Source: Chrysomallon squamiferum
Lineage: Eukaryota > Animalia > Mollusca
Length of the DNA: 64,000 nt
Direction of reading: 5' to 3'
Assembly: GCA_012295275.1 (NCBI GenBank)
Contig: CM022665.1
Span: 6,138,001-6,202,000 of the forward strand
The number at the start of each line of letters is the position of its first letter. Position 1 is the stretch's first letter. Positions 25,848-45,777 of this stretch are shown piece after piece. The notes below the pieces were generated by a model. It was not told the DNA's origin. It was given only the letters and a program-made list of their open reading frames with translations, and made no database searches. Made by a program: the position numbers and the translations under genes.

Positions 25848-26193
25848 TGTTTCCTCAGATCTGAATCCCAGATAATTTTGTATCTGTGCCAGGCTGATCA
25901 AAGATCCTTCTTTTAGAAAATGATAGAATGAAACCGCTTCAATGTATTCCTGTAGACCTGTAGGTAGCAAAATGTAAAAAAAAAAACTTAAAGACATGAG
26001 ACAGAATCTATTAAATTATGTTAAAAAGTGTACACACTGAAAGAAAATGCCTGACATCAAAGTAAAATAATATAATATTTCAATAAGTAAATATAATTAC
26101 CAGGCTTTCATTTCAAGACACAAACTAACAACTAATACAATGGTTATGATATCCTAAAAACAGAAAATATAAGCAGAAAGTTTACAACAGACA
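25848..26193 (-). pseudogene. Duplicated TRAX fragment (first 110 bp of the last exon plus 236 bp of the preceding intron)
   Basis: Ungapped 346-bp direct copy of 22950-23295 (offset 2898) with 9 substitutions by manual comparison. Confidence 0.92.
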
Positions 26194-26314
26194 CTTTCTT
26201 AAAAATCTTTATAATGTTAAATAAATCAAGAAAGAAAGATAGAAAATAAAGAAAAGTAGAAAAAATAAATTATTTTTTTACATGATGTAACACTATATAC
26301 ATAATGGTAAACAT

Positions 26315-26352
<38 letters not shown>

Positions 26353-27014
26353 AATAAATAAAATAAGAAAATAAAAAAATAAAAAATACGCGATTTACGA
26401 TCAAGCAAAGAATGATTTACAATAAACTAAATAGTTTTAGTTAAAAATAACAACACTAATAAATAATAAATAGCAAAACTTTTTAACGCGTATGTTTAAC
26501 AATTAATATTACATGCGTTTGTGTCCGTTTTCAAGTTAAGGAGACGCGGAAAAGAAATAATTAATTACCTTTTTCATATCCTACTGGAGTAAAATGCTAG
26601 AGTGACAAAATTTTACTGATATTTAAATTTACATTTAAAACACATATATAATATATCTGTTTGTTAGAATTTATGAGAAAACTAAAAAAAAAAAAAAAAA
26701 ATTAGTAAAAGAAAGAAATGATACAAAATGTACATATATACGTATACATGTCTACAACCGCCCACATACACACTGTGTAAAGATTATATTGTAATATATA
26801 TATTATGTATTATTATTATATATCATATATAAATAAACATTCAGTGTACAAACATTAATCTACTGATTTCTCAAAACAAACAACTTTGTGATGTAATGTA
26901 AATAATTGTTTACAGTTCTGAAGCCGCTAAAATATCAGCTTTTTGAATCAAAGATGGGCTTATTCATAATGAAACAAGTAAAATAAACATTTTGTCATTT
27001 ATTGATACAGCAGT

Positions 27015-27345
27015 TCTGAAATGACGTCAGAATTTTTTTTGGTTTGCATGATAAAAAACGCGCGAAAAGGGATTACGGAAGAAACCAAGTGATGTGATTT
27101 TTGATACACGTGACGGAAATTAATTATGATTTTAACGAAATTAACACAAGCTCCAAGTAAGTGATATTTAAACTTGATATTTAAATCTTGGAGTTGGTGT
27201 TCTTTGTTTTTGTGTTTTCCAATACAGTTTCTGTTTAAGAAACAGCTAATTACAGCCAGTGTCAGCGCCAGACTATTTCGCGCCACTGGCAAGGTCAACT
27301 ACTTGCATCCTCCTTTCCAGGGGAAATTAAAATCCCGGCAAAACA
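27015..27345. promoter_or_regulatory. Promoter-like motif cluster with no adjacent start codon
   Basis: CRE TGACGTCA at 27022-27029, E2F-like TTTTCGCGCG on the minus strand at 27059-27068, E-box CACGTGAC at 27107-27114, E2F-like TTTCGCGCC at 27276-27284. The region is CpG-rich. Confidence 0.45.
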
Positions 27346-29858
27346 ACTGGAAACTTCGTCTTGTAAAAACATTTTTAAAGTTTAACAATTTTGTTGTGTT
27401 GAAAACAATAATCATGTTACGGTGTAACTTTTAGTTAAAAAGAACTGTTGCCGGTATATGTTAATTTTATGTTGTTGTTTTTTTTTTCTTGTTTTTTTCT
27501 TTTTTTCTTAATAGGTACAAAACTAACTCTTCCGAGGGGTGCTTAGTTGGTCTGACGGTAGCGCCTGTCCCCTTACAGCCATATTCATATAATTGTTGTA
27601 GGTCTAAAGACAATTTCTTTTCGTGATTTATTAAATCAATAAAGAAAAAAAGAAACAGGTAATAATGTAAAACAACAACAATGCACTGGAGTTCAATTTC
27701 ATTTGCAAAAAATATTCAAAAAAAAAAAAATGTTTAATTATTACAGCATCATTTAACATAAAACGATTTACACTAACTATTAACTGACTGTTGTTATTTT
27801 ATTATTAATATGTGTGTGTGTGTGTGTGTGTTTGGATAGATAGATACACACGCATTCTTCTGTTCGAAATAACATTATTTACATTATTTAGTAGAATTTA
27901 TTTATTTATTTATTTAGGGACCTTGTGAGAAATAAGTGTAAATGATGAATCGAAGTATAATTACCGAAACTCTAAATTTTCTATGCTAATTGAAAATGAT
28001 GTTCTAAAGAACTTGCAATTTACCCATGTTTTGGAGAAATTTGTTTCAAAGCAATTGTTCGATTTGTAGCTATTGATAGTCTAGTAAAAATAAAAATAAT
28101 ATTTCTTTATTTTACTTTATTTTATTTTATTTTATTTTACTTTTCTTTACTTCACTTTATTTTATTTTATTTATCTTTTATTTTTTTTTATTTTTTTATT
28201 TTTTATTTTTTTTTATAACATGGCTGGCGGGGGCTTTCTGTTACTGTAACCCAAGGCCCACAAAACCTCGGCAGAATTTAAAAATGACTTTAATGACTGA
28301 ATGAATCACTGATATAAAAAAAAGAAAAAAAAAGAAAAGAAGAGAAAAAGAAGAATCTAATATGTATGGCCTATTAAAATGTGCTGAAATGTCATTAAAC
28401 ACTTCACATCTGAAACCACATTTCTGAATCATAATTTTAATAATTGTTTGTCTGTTTTGTATTAATATGATTTTATCAATAAAGATTAAACATATAATTA
28501 ATGCAGTCATACTGACCTTTATATCAGTATGTATTGGAAATTTGTGTAATATTTGTATTACAAGATTGCGTCCTCACTGAAAACAGCGCATAAAGAAAGA
28601 TAACTCTAACAACCGTATTTCATAAAGAATTCTAAAGCAAAATAAGTATTTATAAAATCATTGAGGGCTATAAAATTATTAAAACAAATAAACAAATAAA
28701 GAAAGAAAAGAAAATCTAAATCATATACAGTAAAATCTATGATAAATGTTTTATTTTTTTTTCTTATTTTGTTATTATTTTTGTGTTTAATGTTAAAAAG
28801 TATTTATCAGAAACCATACATTGAAATATTGTATTACGTACGGACATGCGTATGTATGTATGGATGTGTGCGCACGTACGTACGTATGTGTTTTAATGTA
28901 TGAACGTAGGACGTGTAGGTATACGGGTTTATAGGTGTGGGTGTGTCTGCATGAACATACTGACGCACGTATACATTTTCACACAACGACACACTCATAC
29001 ATTGAATAATAAATAATTGAGTCTTTGTAACGCATTAAAATATTTCAATCATATTTCATTGGAATGATTTTAATTATGTATTTCTTTCGTTTAAAAAAAT
29101 ATATATATATATACTTTTTTATTTTTTATTTTTTTAAATAAATGATTATTACTTACTGATGGGCAATCTCATACTGTGAGGTTCCCATGGACAGATTTAT
29201 AGGATTAAAAAATATTTTGCATGTACAGACAAGATAGTTTATACGTCAGCTGCAAACCAGAATGTATACTGATATTATAATGAAATAAAATAAAATATAA
29301 CATCAGATATATATATATGTTCTTTACAGCGAGGAATTTATTCGTGTGTGTGTGTGTGTTTGTGTGTGTGTTGTAACTATTAATGTATATGTATATAAAC
29401 ACAAACACACACTCTTGCACATATATACATATGTAGAAACACTTGCTTCTTTTCTCTCTTTTTTCATGATTATTTTAAGGTGCAGACACGTATTGTTAAC
29501 TCTTTCAAAATGATTTTTTTTTTTTTTTTCTTTTTCTTACAACACCTGCTATATATTCAGGTAGTGACGTGAGTAGCTATTGAATAAACCGATCCATACG
29601 CGATATTTAGTGAGTGGCACCGAATATCGAAGAACGATGACACATGACGTAAAATTAAACTATTAGCACGAGACTCTGTGTCATTTTTATAAATGTTCAC
29701 CAATCAGATTAAAATAAGTTTGTATCACATCTAGGATATTAATCTTTGATCTCTGTCCGTAATATAATTACAGATGAATTACAGACGACGATAAAAACAA
29801 CATTAGAGTACAGTGATATAGATTTTGTTTGTTTCAAACAGATAGTTGGCTAGGAAAA

Positions 29859-36221
<6,363 letters not shown>

Positions 36222-37079
36222 TAACACGATTACTGAACTAATATTACATACTATGTATGAAAGTGAATGGAGACATACATTCATTTGAACAATCGAATTG
36301 CTTTAAGAAATACTGACAATGTTTGGATGAAACATGAAATATCCATACAGAACATTTATATAGCCTATGTGTGTATATATTTCCATATAAATGTTAAGTG
36401 CAGTAGAATGGGAGAACGACACAAAGTATAATAACAGAAATAACAAGGTGCAATTGTTCAAGGAAGGGATAAAATTTTAGATAATTAGAAAATAAAAATA
36501 TGCATAGCATGATTTTATTTTATTTTTCATAATGTAATTAGTTGGTAAAAAATATGTTTCAAAGCCCAGATAATATTAAAATATCGAATAAATCAGCTAA
36601 ATAACATTAGCTAATTAATAGGTTAACCTTTTGCGCGAATTATAATAGAAGAGAAACGATAACATATAAAATTATACCCACTCATACAAACATATACATA
36701 ATTAATTCACGACATTAAATACTGATTTTTATCTCACGAACTTGTAGTTATGTGGGATACTGTAGCCTGTCTGTAAGTATGTGAATGTCCAGATTACAGA
36801 TTAATGGATTAAGGAGAATGAAACCACACTTCCTCGAAAATCCACCACCCACCACTATGTTGCAGTTATTATATCCCTGTGTCTGCATAATCCGTCTGGC
36901 TGTCTGTTAGGCTACATGCATGTCTGTTGATAGGTATGCGGCACAACCACATAGATACAGGAATGTCTCTGAATATAATGAACTCTCGCTAATATGAATA
37001 CAACTTGCACTATGATCAGCAAAATTCAACACATTAGTTTGTGTTTTTGGAAAGGAAATTCTTGAGATCTTCAAGTATT

Positions 37080-37114
<35 letters not shown>

Positions 37115-37288
37115 AATTACAAGTATTCCAAAATTTAAAAAAATAATAATAACAATAAAATATTGTATAATATTATATTGTTGCAAGTGAAGCAGCCTTG
37201 TAGGTTTTAGTGTCTAACATAATCTGTTGGTAAATAATGTAACTATAAATGTGTACCATCGAGAAAATAGTATAATACTGAGGCGAAA

Positions 37289-37331
<43 letters not shown>

Positions 37332-37796
37332 ATCTTAGAAGATGAAAATACATTTTAACTGCATCAGACATTATATACGTTCCAGTGTAAAACCGTTTTT
37401 CGAACAGAAGATTTACAAATTTATACCATCATTATCTAGTTGTTCATTTGCTCCCTCCGTCTCTTTATCTCAGCAAACAAAACCCGTGTTGACCACTAAT
37501 CATAATTATTATTGCGCAAGATATCTGAAGATGTATGTCCAAATACTTTTAATAGGTTTATGAATTGTGCTACCTCAGCGAAATATTTTTGGTTAGATTA
37601 AGATTAGATAACTTTTTTTTTTTTTTTTTTTTGATCAGTCGTTTGTAGATAACTGTCGAGCATTCGTTTAATGTTTATTAGCAGAGACGAAGAAGTATTT
37701 TTAAAAAAGGGGGTGGTGGCGTTACGGAGAAATAAATCATAAAAATAGTTATTCTGCCAGCGGTATAGTACCTCATAAAATGTTGAGATATATAAA

Positions 37797-37842
<46 letters not shown>

Positions 37843-38276
37843 TTAAGATGCATGTAACCACATCTGTTCAAATTGTGAAGGCAGTTGGATACGTATATTT
37901 ACAAACGTTGGAGTCACGGTGACCGGCAAAATTGCAATTTTAAATTAAAACTACCTGCTCACCTACTTTCGTTTATTATAATTAAGTTTAATCTCATGTA
38001 AACACATAACTGTGTTTATCTAGTGTTCCTTTTATTTACTTTTACGTTCACGAACGTGACCGTTAATTAAATATTATCAGTTCGTAATCTTCAATCTTTG
38101 TCCCTACTTTCGAACTAGCTAGATAATTGCTGTTTCTAGATTAAGTACATTAAGTGCAATAACGCAGTATAGGCCTGTTCACTGTAAATGACAGTAAACA
38201 ACAAATTCTAAAGCGCATTAAATTACAATATTTATTTTGGCAACAAGCTGTTTTTGTTGCTGATATTTTTTTTTAT

Positions 38277-38630
38277 CATGGTTCTTATATTTTATTCTGT
38301 CAGAATTTGGTGGTTTCTCGAATGGCCAATAACCTCAGAATAGAAAAAATTAATATAAGGAAGAAATGTTTCATTTAAAGAAGTATTCAAACAGCTGTAA
38401 GCTGTTACATAAAACTTATCTGTAAGGTATTTGCTGACAAAAAGAGGAAAGCCTCTACCGCCAATCGATGGACAAACTTTTTTTTTTTTTTTTTTTTTTA
38501 ATAGCAAAAAGGTTATTTTACGTAGAAAAGCACAGTTATGACTGGCATAGGGAAGCGAAATGTACGTTTATAAAAATAGGTCTTCGCGAGGATTCATGTG
38601 TCTGTAACACGTCAAAATATAAGAACCATG
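38277..38630. mobile_element. MITE-like element with perfect 17-bp inverted repeats
   Basis: CATGGTTCTTATATTTT (38277-38293) and AAAATATAAGAACCATG (38614-38630). No clear TSD. Confidence 0.55.
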
Positions 38631-40094
38631 TTAAATTAACAAATTGAGCGGCGAGTGTTATTCATTCTGTGCAAGCATACATCCGCGTACATACAAGTAT
38701 ATCATTATCATAATGATTGTTTACATTGATCATAACGAAAATAAGTGACATATAAATCGATTACATAGTTAGAGATTCATTTAGGCACACAACACGTCAG
38801 TTAATTGATATAAACTACGTGAGAAACGAAGACTTTCCTAACATATTTTATTTTTATTATTTTAAAATTAATTATTTTTAATATAGAAATAACTAGAACA
38901 AAGTAAATCTACAGAGAGAGAGAGAGAGAGATTAATGTTAGAATATTTACGTATCATGAATGTCTAAGCAAGTGCACATGCATCTTGGTTTTTGTAAAAA
39001 CGCACGTGCTGGTATGTAATTAGGAGATTTTGTTTAGGTGTTTAATATGTCAGTGAAATGGGTGTGTTATAGTCAAAGTTTACATTCTACACGTTATTCC
39101 TTGTCACAATTTTTGTTTAATGTTTTAGTCTCCATGTTGGGTATAATGTTCAATTCAAAAGTTTTTTTCCTGTAATAATTTTGGTTCTTTATCACAGATA
39201 TTAAATTTTACAGAGACTCAGTAATCTGTGAATATATGAAGGGAAATTACTGAAAACAGAAAACTAACTCAAGTTATATCATATTTATTATTAAATGTAA
39301 TTATAACATAAATAAAAAGGTATAACCTTGTTCTGTATGATAAAAAAAAAAGAAATGAAAAAATGAAGAAGCATTAAAAATGTATGAAAAATATTAATAA
39401 CAGTTTCTAATGTTAAAAACTAAAATGGCTTAACATTTACAAAATAATCATGCCTCTTTCAATTTTTCTCAACTGGGAGTCTTTTGAAGTCTTAGTTCTA
39501 TAACAAACATATGGCATCCACCCCAATTTATGATATAAAATAACTTTAATCATCTCTTTAAGTACATTGTGTCACTTTAAAAATGACTGACTGTGTCATT
39601 ACATTCATTAGCTGCCTTCCTGTGAATTATAATCACATTATTAATAATTTGGTTATCATTCTCTAACTCTGACTCTCAAAGAGTGTGCCCCACAAAATTC
39701 TAGGATCTAGGTAGATATCTGTGATGCTAAAAAATTGATTTATAGTACATTATATCCACACTTCAGCATTAAAACATTCTTTAGCCATTTTACTGTAATT
39801 TTCAACACCATATTTATGCGAATTAGGATTTTCCAATCTCACCAACATCAAGTGGAAAAAAGAACAAATCTTCAGGCTATTGATGAGGACATGAGTTTGC
39901 TTATCATACATATGCCTCAACATTGAAGAAATTGCCAAGACACGTCTGGCTCACACTTCTCATCAGCACAAAATAGATGATGAATAAAGGTATATACCCT
40001 TCTTTCAGTTATTTCTGTTATTTTTTGTATTTTTTGGATTATATTTCTTAGCATTTTGTGTATATTGTGTATATTTTTGGGAAGACTTCAAGCG

Positions 40095-40126
40095 TGCCCC
40101 GACTTCAAAAAGTTTGAGAACCACTG
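40095..40126. mobile_element. hAT-like terminal fragment
   Basis: ...AAAAAGTTTGAGAACCACTG is the reverse complement of CAGTGGTTCTCAAACTTTTT, a common hAT terminus. No partner end was seen. Confidence 0.45.
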
Positions 40127-41838
40127 GTCTAACTAGTCATGTTCCTTTTCTTATCTTTTGCCATTTTAGTATTAACTTTCTAATTATTATTTTATTAATC
40201 CAAAAATAAAAAAAAAAAGGTATACAAATAAAAAGAAACTGAAATAATTTGGTTTAAATAATATTTTAGATTATAAAGCATAGCTAATTAAGCATTACCT
40301 TACTAATTTGACTTATTACAGAGCTGCCATTAGTCATAACTCAAAACAGAGGTTTCTCTAAATAATTTTGACACATGATGTAAATTTATGTGACAAATGT
40401 AATTTATGGCCAATAAAGTTCAGTTAAATTAAGCCAGAATATATTATTAATTAACTTTTTACCTGTGATAATGTTATAAGCAATCTAAAGTCTTTGTATC
40501 TTGCCATATTCTGTTTCCAGATCTTGGTAACAGTATATAAAATTATTATTAAATGAAACATGGTGTAACAGCTTAATGCAAATAAACAAACTTTCACAGA
40601 AAATTAAAATTAAAAACTGGCTGAACCAAACTGAAGTAATGGTTAACATACCCTGAACTGAAACATTTAAACTAATAATCCTGAATAATCAGAACAGACA
40701 TGAAATACATTCACTTTGCATTAGAAACCCAAAGTTCTGGTAGGAACCACATTAACATACCAGGTATCCCACACACCTGAACAATTATCTACATCTCTCA
40801 AAAACAAAAAAAATATTTTTCTACACGCTTGTTTCAAAGAAACTACTCTTTATCCAGCTCAAATTAGTGTAATGAGTCAGTATTTTGATATCTTCTAGGG
40901 TAAATTCTGGAACTTTTATTGTGAGGTAGTCTAAGGCAATTTTGACACCCACAATTTCACGAGTATAAAATGTACTCGCCAATTAATTTAAAGCAATATA
41001 AGCTGTTATTTATCATTAGATGAACATACATGCTTTATATATGTACATAATAAAAAATAGAAAATAGATCTTTGTACATAAGAAAAAGCATTTTAAAAAT
41101 TAATGAAAATGTTTGGTCATCTTGAATAGAGGAGGTGTTCAGATCCTTGATTGTTCCTATATCCATGCCTCTGTCTGTCTGTGTGTGTGTGTGTGTAAAA
41201 CAAAATTATCATTCTTTTTGTTAGCAGACATCACTCTTGATTTACTGCTGTTCTTGTGTCTGTATTACAGATCATTTTAATAGCAGAAATTGTTCTTTTA
41301 AATTTAGGGACTTAATTGTAACTGCATGGTGATTTGCTTTTAGAAGACATAATCTGATACAAAAGCTGATTTTTTATCATGTTCAATCAGAGATTTCAGA
41401 AAAATCAGTCAGTACAGTATGCACAAACATATTTATGTTTAGTTTTAACATACCAGGTCTCCCCATCAACCACTTGCTTATGGAAGACAATACATAAAAA
41501 CCATAATACATCAGCCTACTGAAGTATCTGACACCTTGTTATCTGTAGGTGTTAGATCATTTTATTGAACTAAATCATAAAGGGTATATGGTCACTTTGT
41601 GTTTTGTTACTATGAAGAGAACAGTGTAAGATACCAACAACAATAAATGTTTGGCATTTTTGACTAACCTTACTTAAAATATTGAAGTGACCAGTTCATT
41701 TTCTGAGTGAATTAAAACGTTGCATGTTATTATTATATATATATATTTTTTTATGTACCTAATGTTCTGAATTTATTTTGTTTTAATCCTGCCCTGGAAT
41801 GTTGATAAAAGATACAACTTGGATTAAAATTATACATC

Positions 41839-41940
41839 AAACTGACCGCATCAAACTGGAGTCAAATTAATATTAAAAACTGACCAAAACAGCATGGGTC
41901 AAATTAATAAAAGAAACTGACCGCATACAACTGGAGTCAG
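41839..41940. repeat. Three-unit 37-38-bp tandem repeat with internal TGAC...GTCA inverted arms
   Basis: Units start at 41839, 41877 and 41914, each AAACTGACC-core-GTCA(AATTAATA). Confidence 0.85.
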
Positions 41941-42014
41941 CGAGTACATACAGTAAAATACTACACTGTAATAGTAGCATTATTATTATTACAATCTTAA
42001 TTGTTACTGAGTTA

Positions 42015-44396
42015 TCACGAAGCATTGTGCAGGCTCTCCAAGATGGAAATGAGATGATCAAGACCAAACAGGTAGCCATCTTCATGGTTGCCAAGCTTCC
42101 AGCTGGTTCTATGATTTATGTAAATATTTTCAGGAAGAGGCACACTTTTACCAAAGTCTATCATCCACACACCAGCACGGCTGTTATCATGAACAAAGAG
42201 TAGAGAACTGCCAATAATCTAAAATAAGAAAATAAATTAAATCAACATTTGAGTTTAGCACTTGGTATAATTGGTTAATTCTAAATTACAGAGACAGGGG
42301 CAGATCTTGGAATTCAGAAAATGAGACACTGTAACCTGTATGAAGGGATGTAAATATTTCATGATAAAATTGGTATGGTATAAAAATAAAAAAAAATTGA
42401 ACAAACTGAAAGAACTGTCTAAAAAAAAAACTTTTCATACCAGATGTTGTTTTATTGATCTAGTAACTGCTACTGCTAATAATAAAATGTGACAGATACC
42501 AACAACAAATAAAAATAGAAATATGTGTAAATACACTTCTTTTTTTTCTCCTAATTTTATTTTGTATACAGAAAAGTAAACTGAAAAATCTTAAATTTAA
42601 AAATCTAAAAGATTCACAAATCATTACTAAATTACCATATTATTTCCATCCTCAGTATTGATAACTGATTTCTAAATGTGTAAATAATTACATGAGACAA
42701 CTTCACAAAAATATGAACATATAATGTCAACTCCCATATAAGTTGAAGAATTTTTATTTTATTTTATTGTTATATATTATTTCAGTAAGGATGATATTTC
42801 ACAACAACAAATAATAAAAAATAAAAAATAAAAATAAATAAATCAATCACAGGCTATTTTTGACTGTTTAACTGGTAAATTTTGATTGATTAAACAAGAT
42901 TAATCTCAGTAAATTAGAGGTCTAAGACCTAAGACATTTAAGTAAGTCAGTATGAACTAACTCACAGTACCTTTAATACTGAAAATAATTTAAAAATTTT
43001 TCTTTATAGAACAAATAATAATAAAATAGTGTTTCATTTTATTTTATTTTTAAATAAAAGAAAATTTTCTGCACTTTGTTTTTCTTTTTTTTTTAATTCT
43101 TTAAGAATAAATGATTTGAAAGTGTTTTTTTTTGTTTCAGCTTTCTGAATGAACACTTACTTCATGTCCATGAAAAAATTTCGATAATTCCTGTACACGT
43201 CTCATTGCCTTTAAACGTTCAATGTACATGGGCTGAAAATAAAATTAAAACTTTAGTGTTAAGTAAATATGAGAAATAAACACACTCACACAGGACCAAA
43301 ATTATGTATGTAACAGTCTGGTCCCTAATTGTTGACAACAATATTATACTAATATTTATATATTATAGGTAAAATATTAAGAAGAATTCTTGAAGTGGTA
43401 TAATTAAGTTCAGTGTGATTGATCAACATTTTTCTTTTAATTAATACAAATACAGAATTCAAAACAAAAATAATCTTTTATTATATTAAGTAATTTTAAG
43501 TATGTGCAATATACTAAACAGACTGAGGCTCTGATAAGCCGACCGTGTAATAACCCTAACTGTTTTACTTTTGAAACTGAAACAAAAAGTGAATATACTA
43601 AAATAATAAGTACTGTAGTAATAGATACAAACTATCAAATTCCATTTCACAAACAACAAATAACACATAAGTATTTAGAATCTGTAATTTTTATTTTTAT
43701 TTTATAGGATATACAAGACTGAATAATTTGACAAGTCTACTACTCACTCACTAAAAATCAACATTTTTTATCTGTTCACAGACGTGAACACTTAATTACT
43801 CATTACAACACATTATAAATGTTACTTAATTTGTAACTCTAGAATTTAATCGACAGTTTAATCTACTACTCACCAGAACTGATGTGCTGTCTCCTACAAA
43901 GGATCTGAGTATCTCCTTAACCTGGTCGTCTGTTTTCGCCTTTTTAAAATCTTTACTGGAAGTACCATCACTTTTCTGAAATCGTACATTAAATGTAGTA
44001 AAATAACATAAAGAATAGCGTGATGGAAGAGTTTCCGATGTAAAAAAAGAAAATAATAATTTAAAAAAAAAAAAATAATAATAATATATAAAAAAATAAA
44101 AAAAAAATCACATAACTTGTTGCAAATGATACGGTCACATATATAATAAAGTTAATTTTGACAATTGTTTGTCATCAGTGTATCACTTTTGTTTTGGTCA
44201 AGAATCAGGTGACTAGTCTCAGATGGTCATTGACCTTATAAAGCTGGAATGTCATTGACAGATAAAACAAGTGTTTATTTGAGAAATGCCTTTATTTGTC
44301 ACAGTACCCCAGGATGCCTGCTATTTGAACATTTACTGTGCTTCTTTATAAAACTATTATTATTTTTGTCATTATTATTATTATTATTATTATTAC

Positions 44397-44447
<51 letters not shown>

Positions 44448-45101
44448 TGTTATTATTATATTAATCATTATTAATTTTCTTTTTTCTCCTTCTTCATCTT
44501 ATTATCATTATCATTCTTCTTTGTCATCTTTGTATTATTATTTATTATTATTACTTAAGGAAATTAAGACGATACCTTAACCCCTTCTATTCTAAAACCA
44601 AGATTGACTGAAGAGCTAATTTCATCTCTCCACTGCATGTATCTTGGTTTGGTGACAGCTTTCTGAGTATTTTCTTCATCAGTCGGTGCAGCTGGTTCCA
44701 CTTCTATCATTTTCTGGTACATGTCCTGAAATAAAATGTATATAATTAGAAGCTATATTTAAAAATTAATTAAAAGTTGTTAGTTAATAATAAAATAACT
44801 GAAGCATCAGGATGTGTGAAGGCTAACATTTCTCTTTTTTTTTTTTTTTTTTTTTTTAGGACAAATCCTTTTTAATAATTTACTCAGGCTATTCTGAATG
44901 TTTACCTTTGTGTGAGGAAAATGTGATAACAAAAGCAGAATATCAAGTTTCATACATCCTAAAGAGCTTGTTATATTATTTATTATACTTCTCTTTTTTT
45001 TTGTAAAAACTGGATTACTGTTTCAAATAATATCATTAATTTGGAAGTAGCCAAAATATGTAGATATATGAAAAACAGAAATGACAACAACAACAATTGC
45101 A

Positions 45102-45155
<54 letters not shown>

Positions 45156-45742
45156 TATAAAGGAAATGAAAGTCGATATTATCTGTTTTGTTTGCATAAT
45201 AACAGCAGAATTTGATCAATAGTGAAAACAGTGATTTTCTATTCTTACTGAATGACAATACCTCCATACATTTCAATTTTAACATGCATTATATGTGATG
45301 AATGTGCCTGATTTCAAAAACTAAAAACATTAAATTAAATAAATGATGTTGACATACGTATAAGAGAAAAGCATGCCAGTGACAATTGCTATCAACTGGT
45401 TAACAAAGAATTTTTTTACAAGGACCGAAGCTTATACCCAGTTTTTTGATACACTAGTATGTGATATTCGTTTGAATGGGAAATAAGAGCAAAAAGGAAG
45501 ATTGTTATCTGTGATGCGTGACACATGACAGAGCCTGCTGTTTTTACCTGTTTTTAATGCTAATCAGTAACTCGTTATAAAAATACAGTATTTTTCTCTT
45601 ATATACATCCTGATATGAAAAAACTGATAAAAATACTGTGTATACAAGATTGTTATTTGCCTTTTTTAAATTTTATTATTTTGTGTATGGGTGTGTGAAT
45701 GTTTGGATATCTGTACCTTGACTTCTCTATATGGATGAGTGA

Positions 45743-45777
<35 letters not shown>

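Noticed and set aside
26520-26545. U12 branch-like TCCTTAAC on the minus strand
   Set aside because: No matching upstream RTATCCTT donor or exon context was found.
27530-27590. tRNA-like stretch GCTTAGTTGGTCTGACGGTAGCGCC
   Set aside because: No B box or T arm and no cloverleaf.
41839-41940. CRISPR-like repeat-spacer reading of the 37-bp array
   Set aside because: Eukaryotic 3' UTR context, only three units, 12-13-nt cores with units 1 and 3 nearly identical, and no cas genes.
44566-44575. Donor GTATCGTCTT as a fourth U12 intron
   Set aside because: Deviates from the consensus at +6, and no U12 branch site is seen near the acceptor at 43976.
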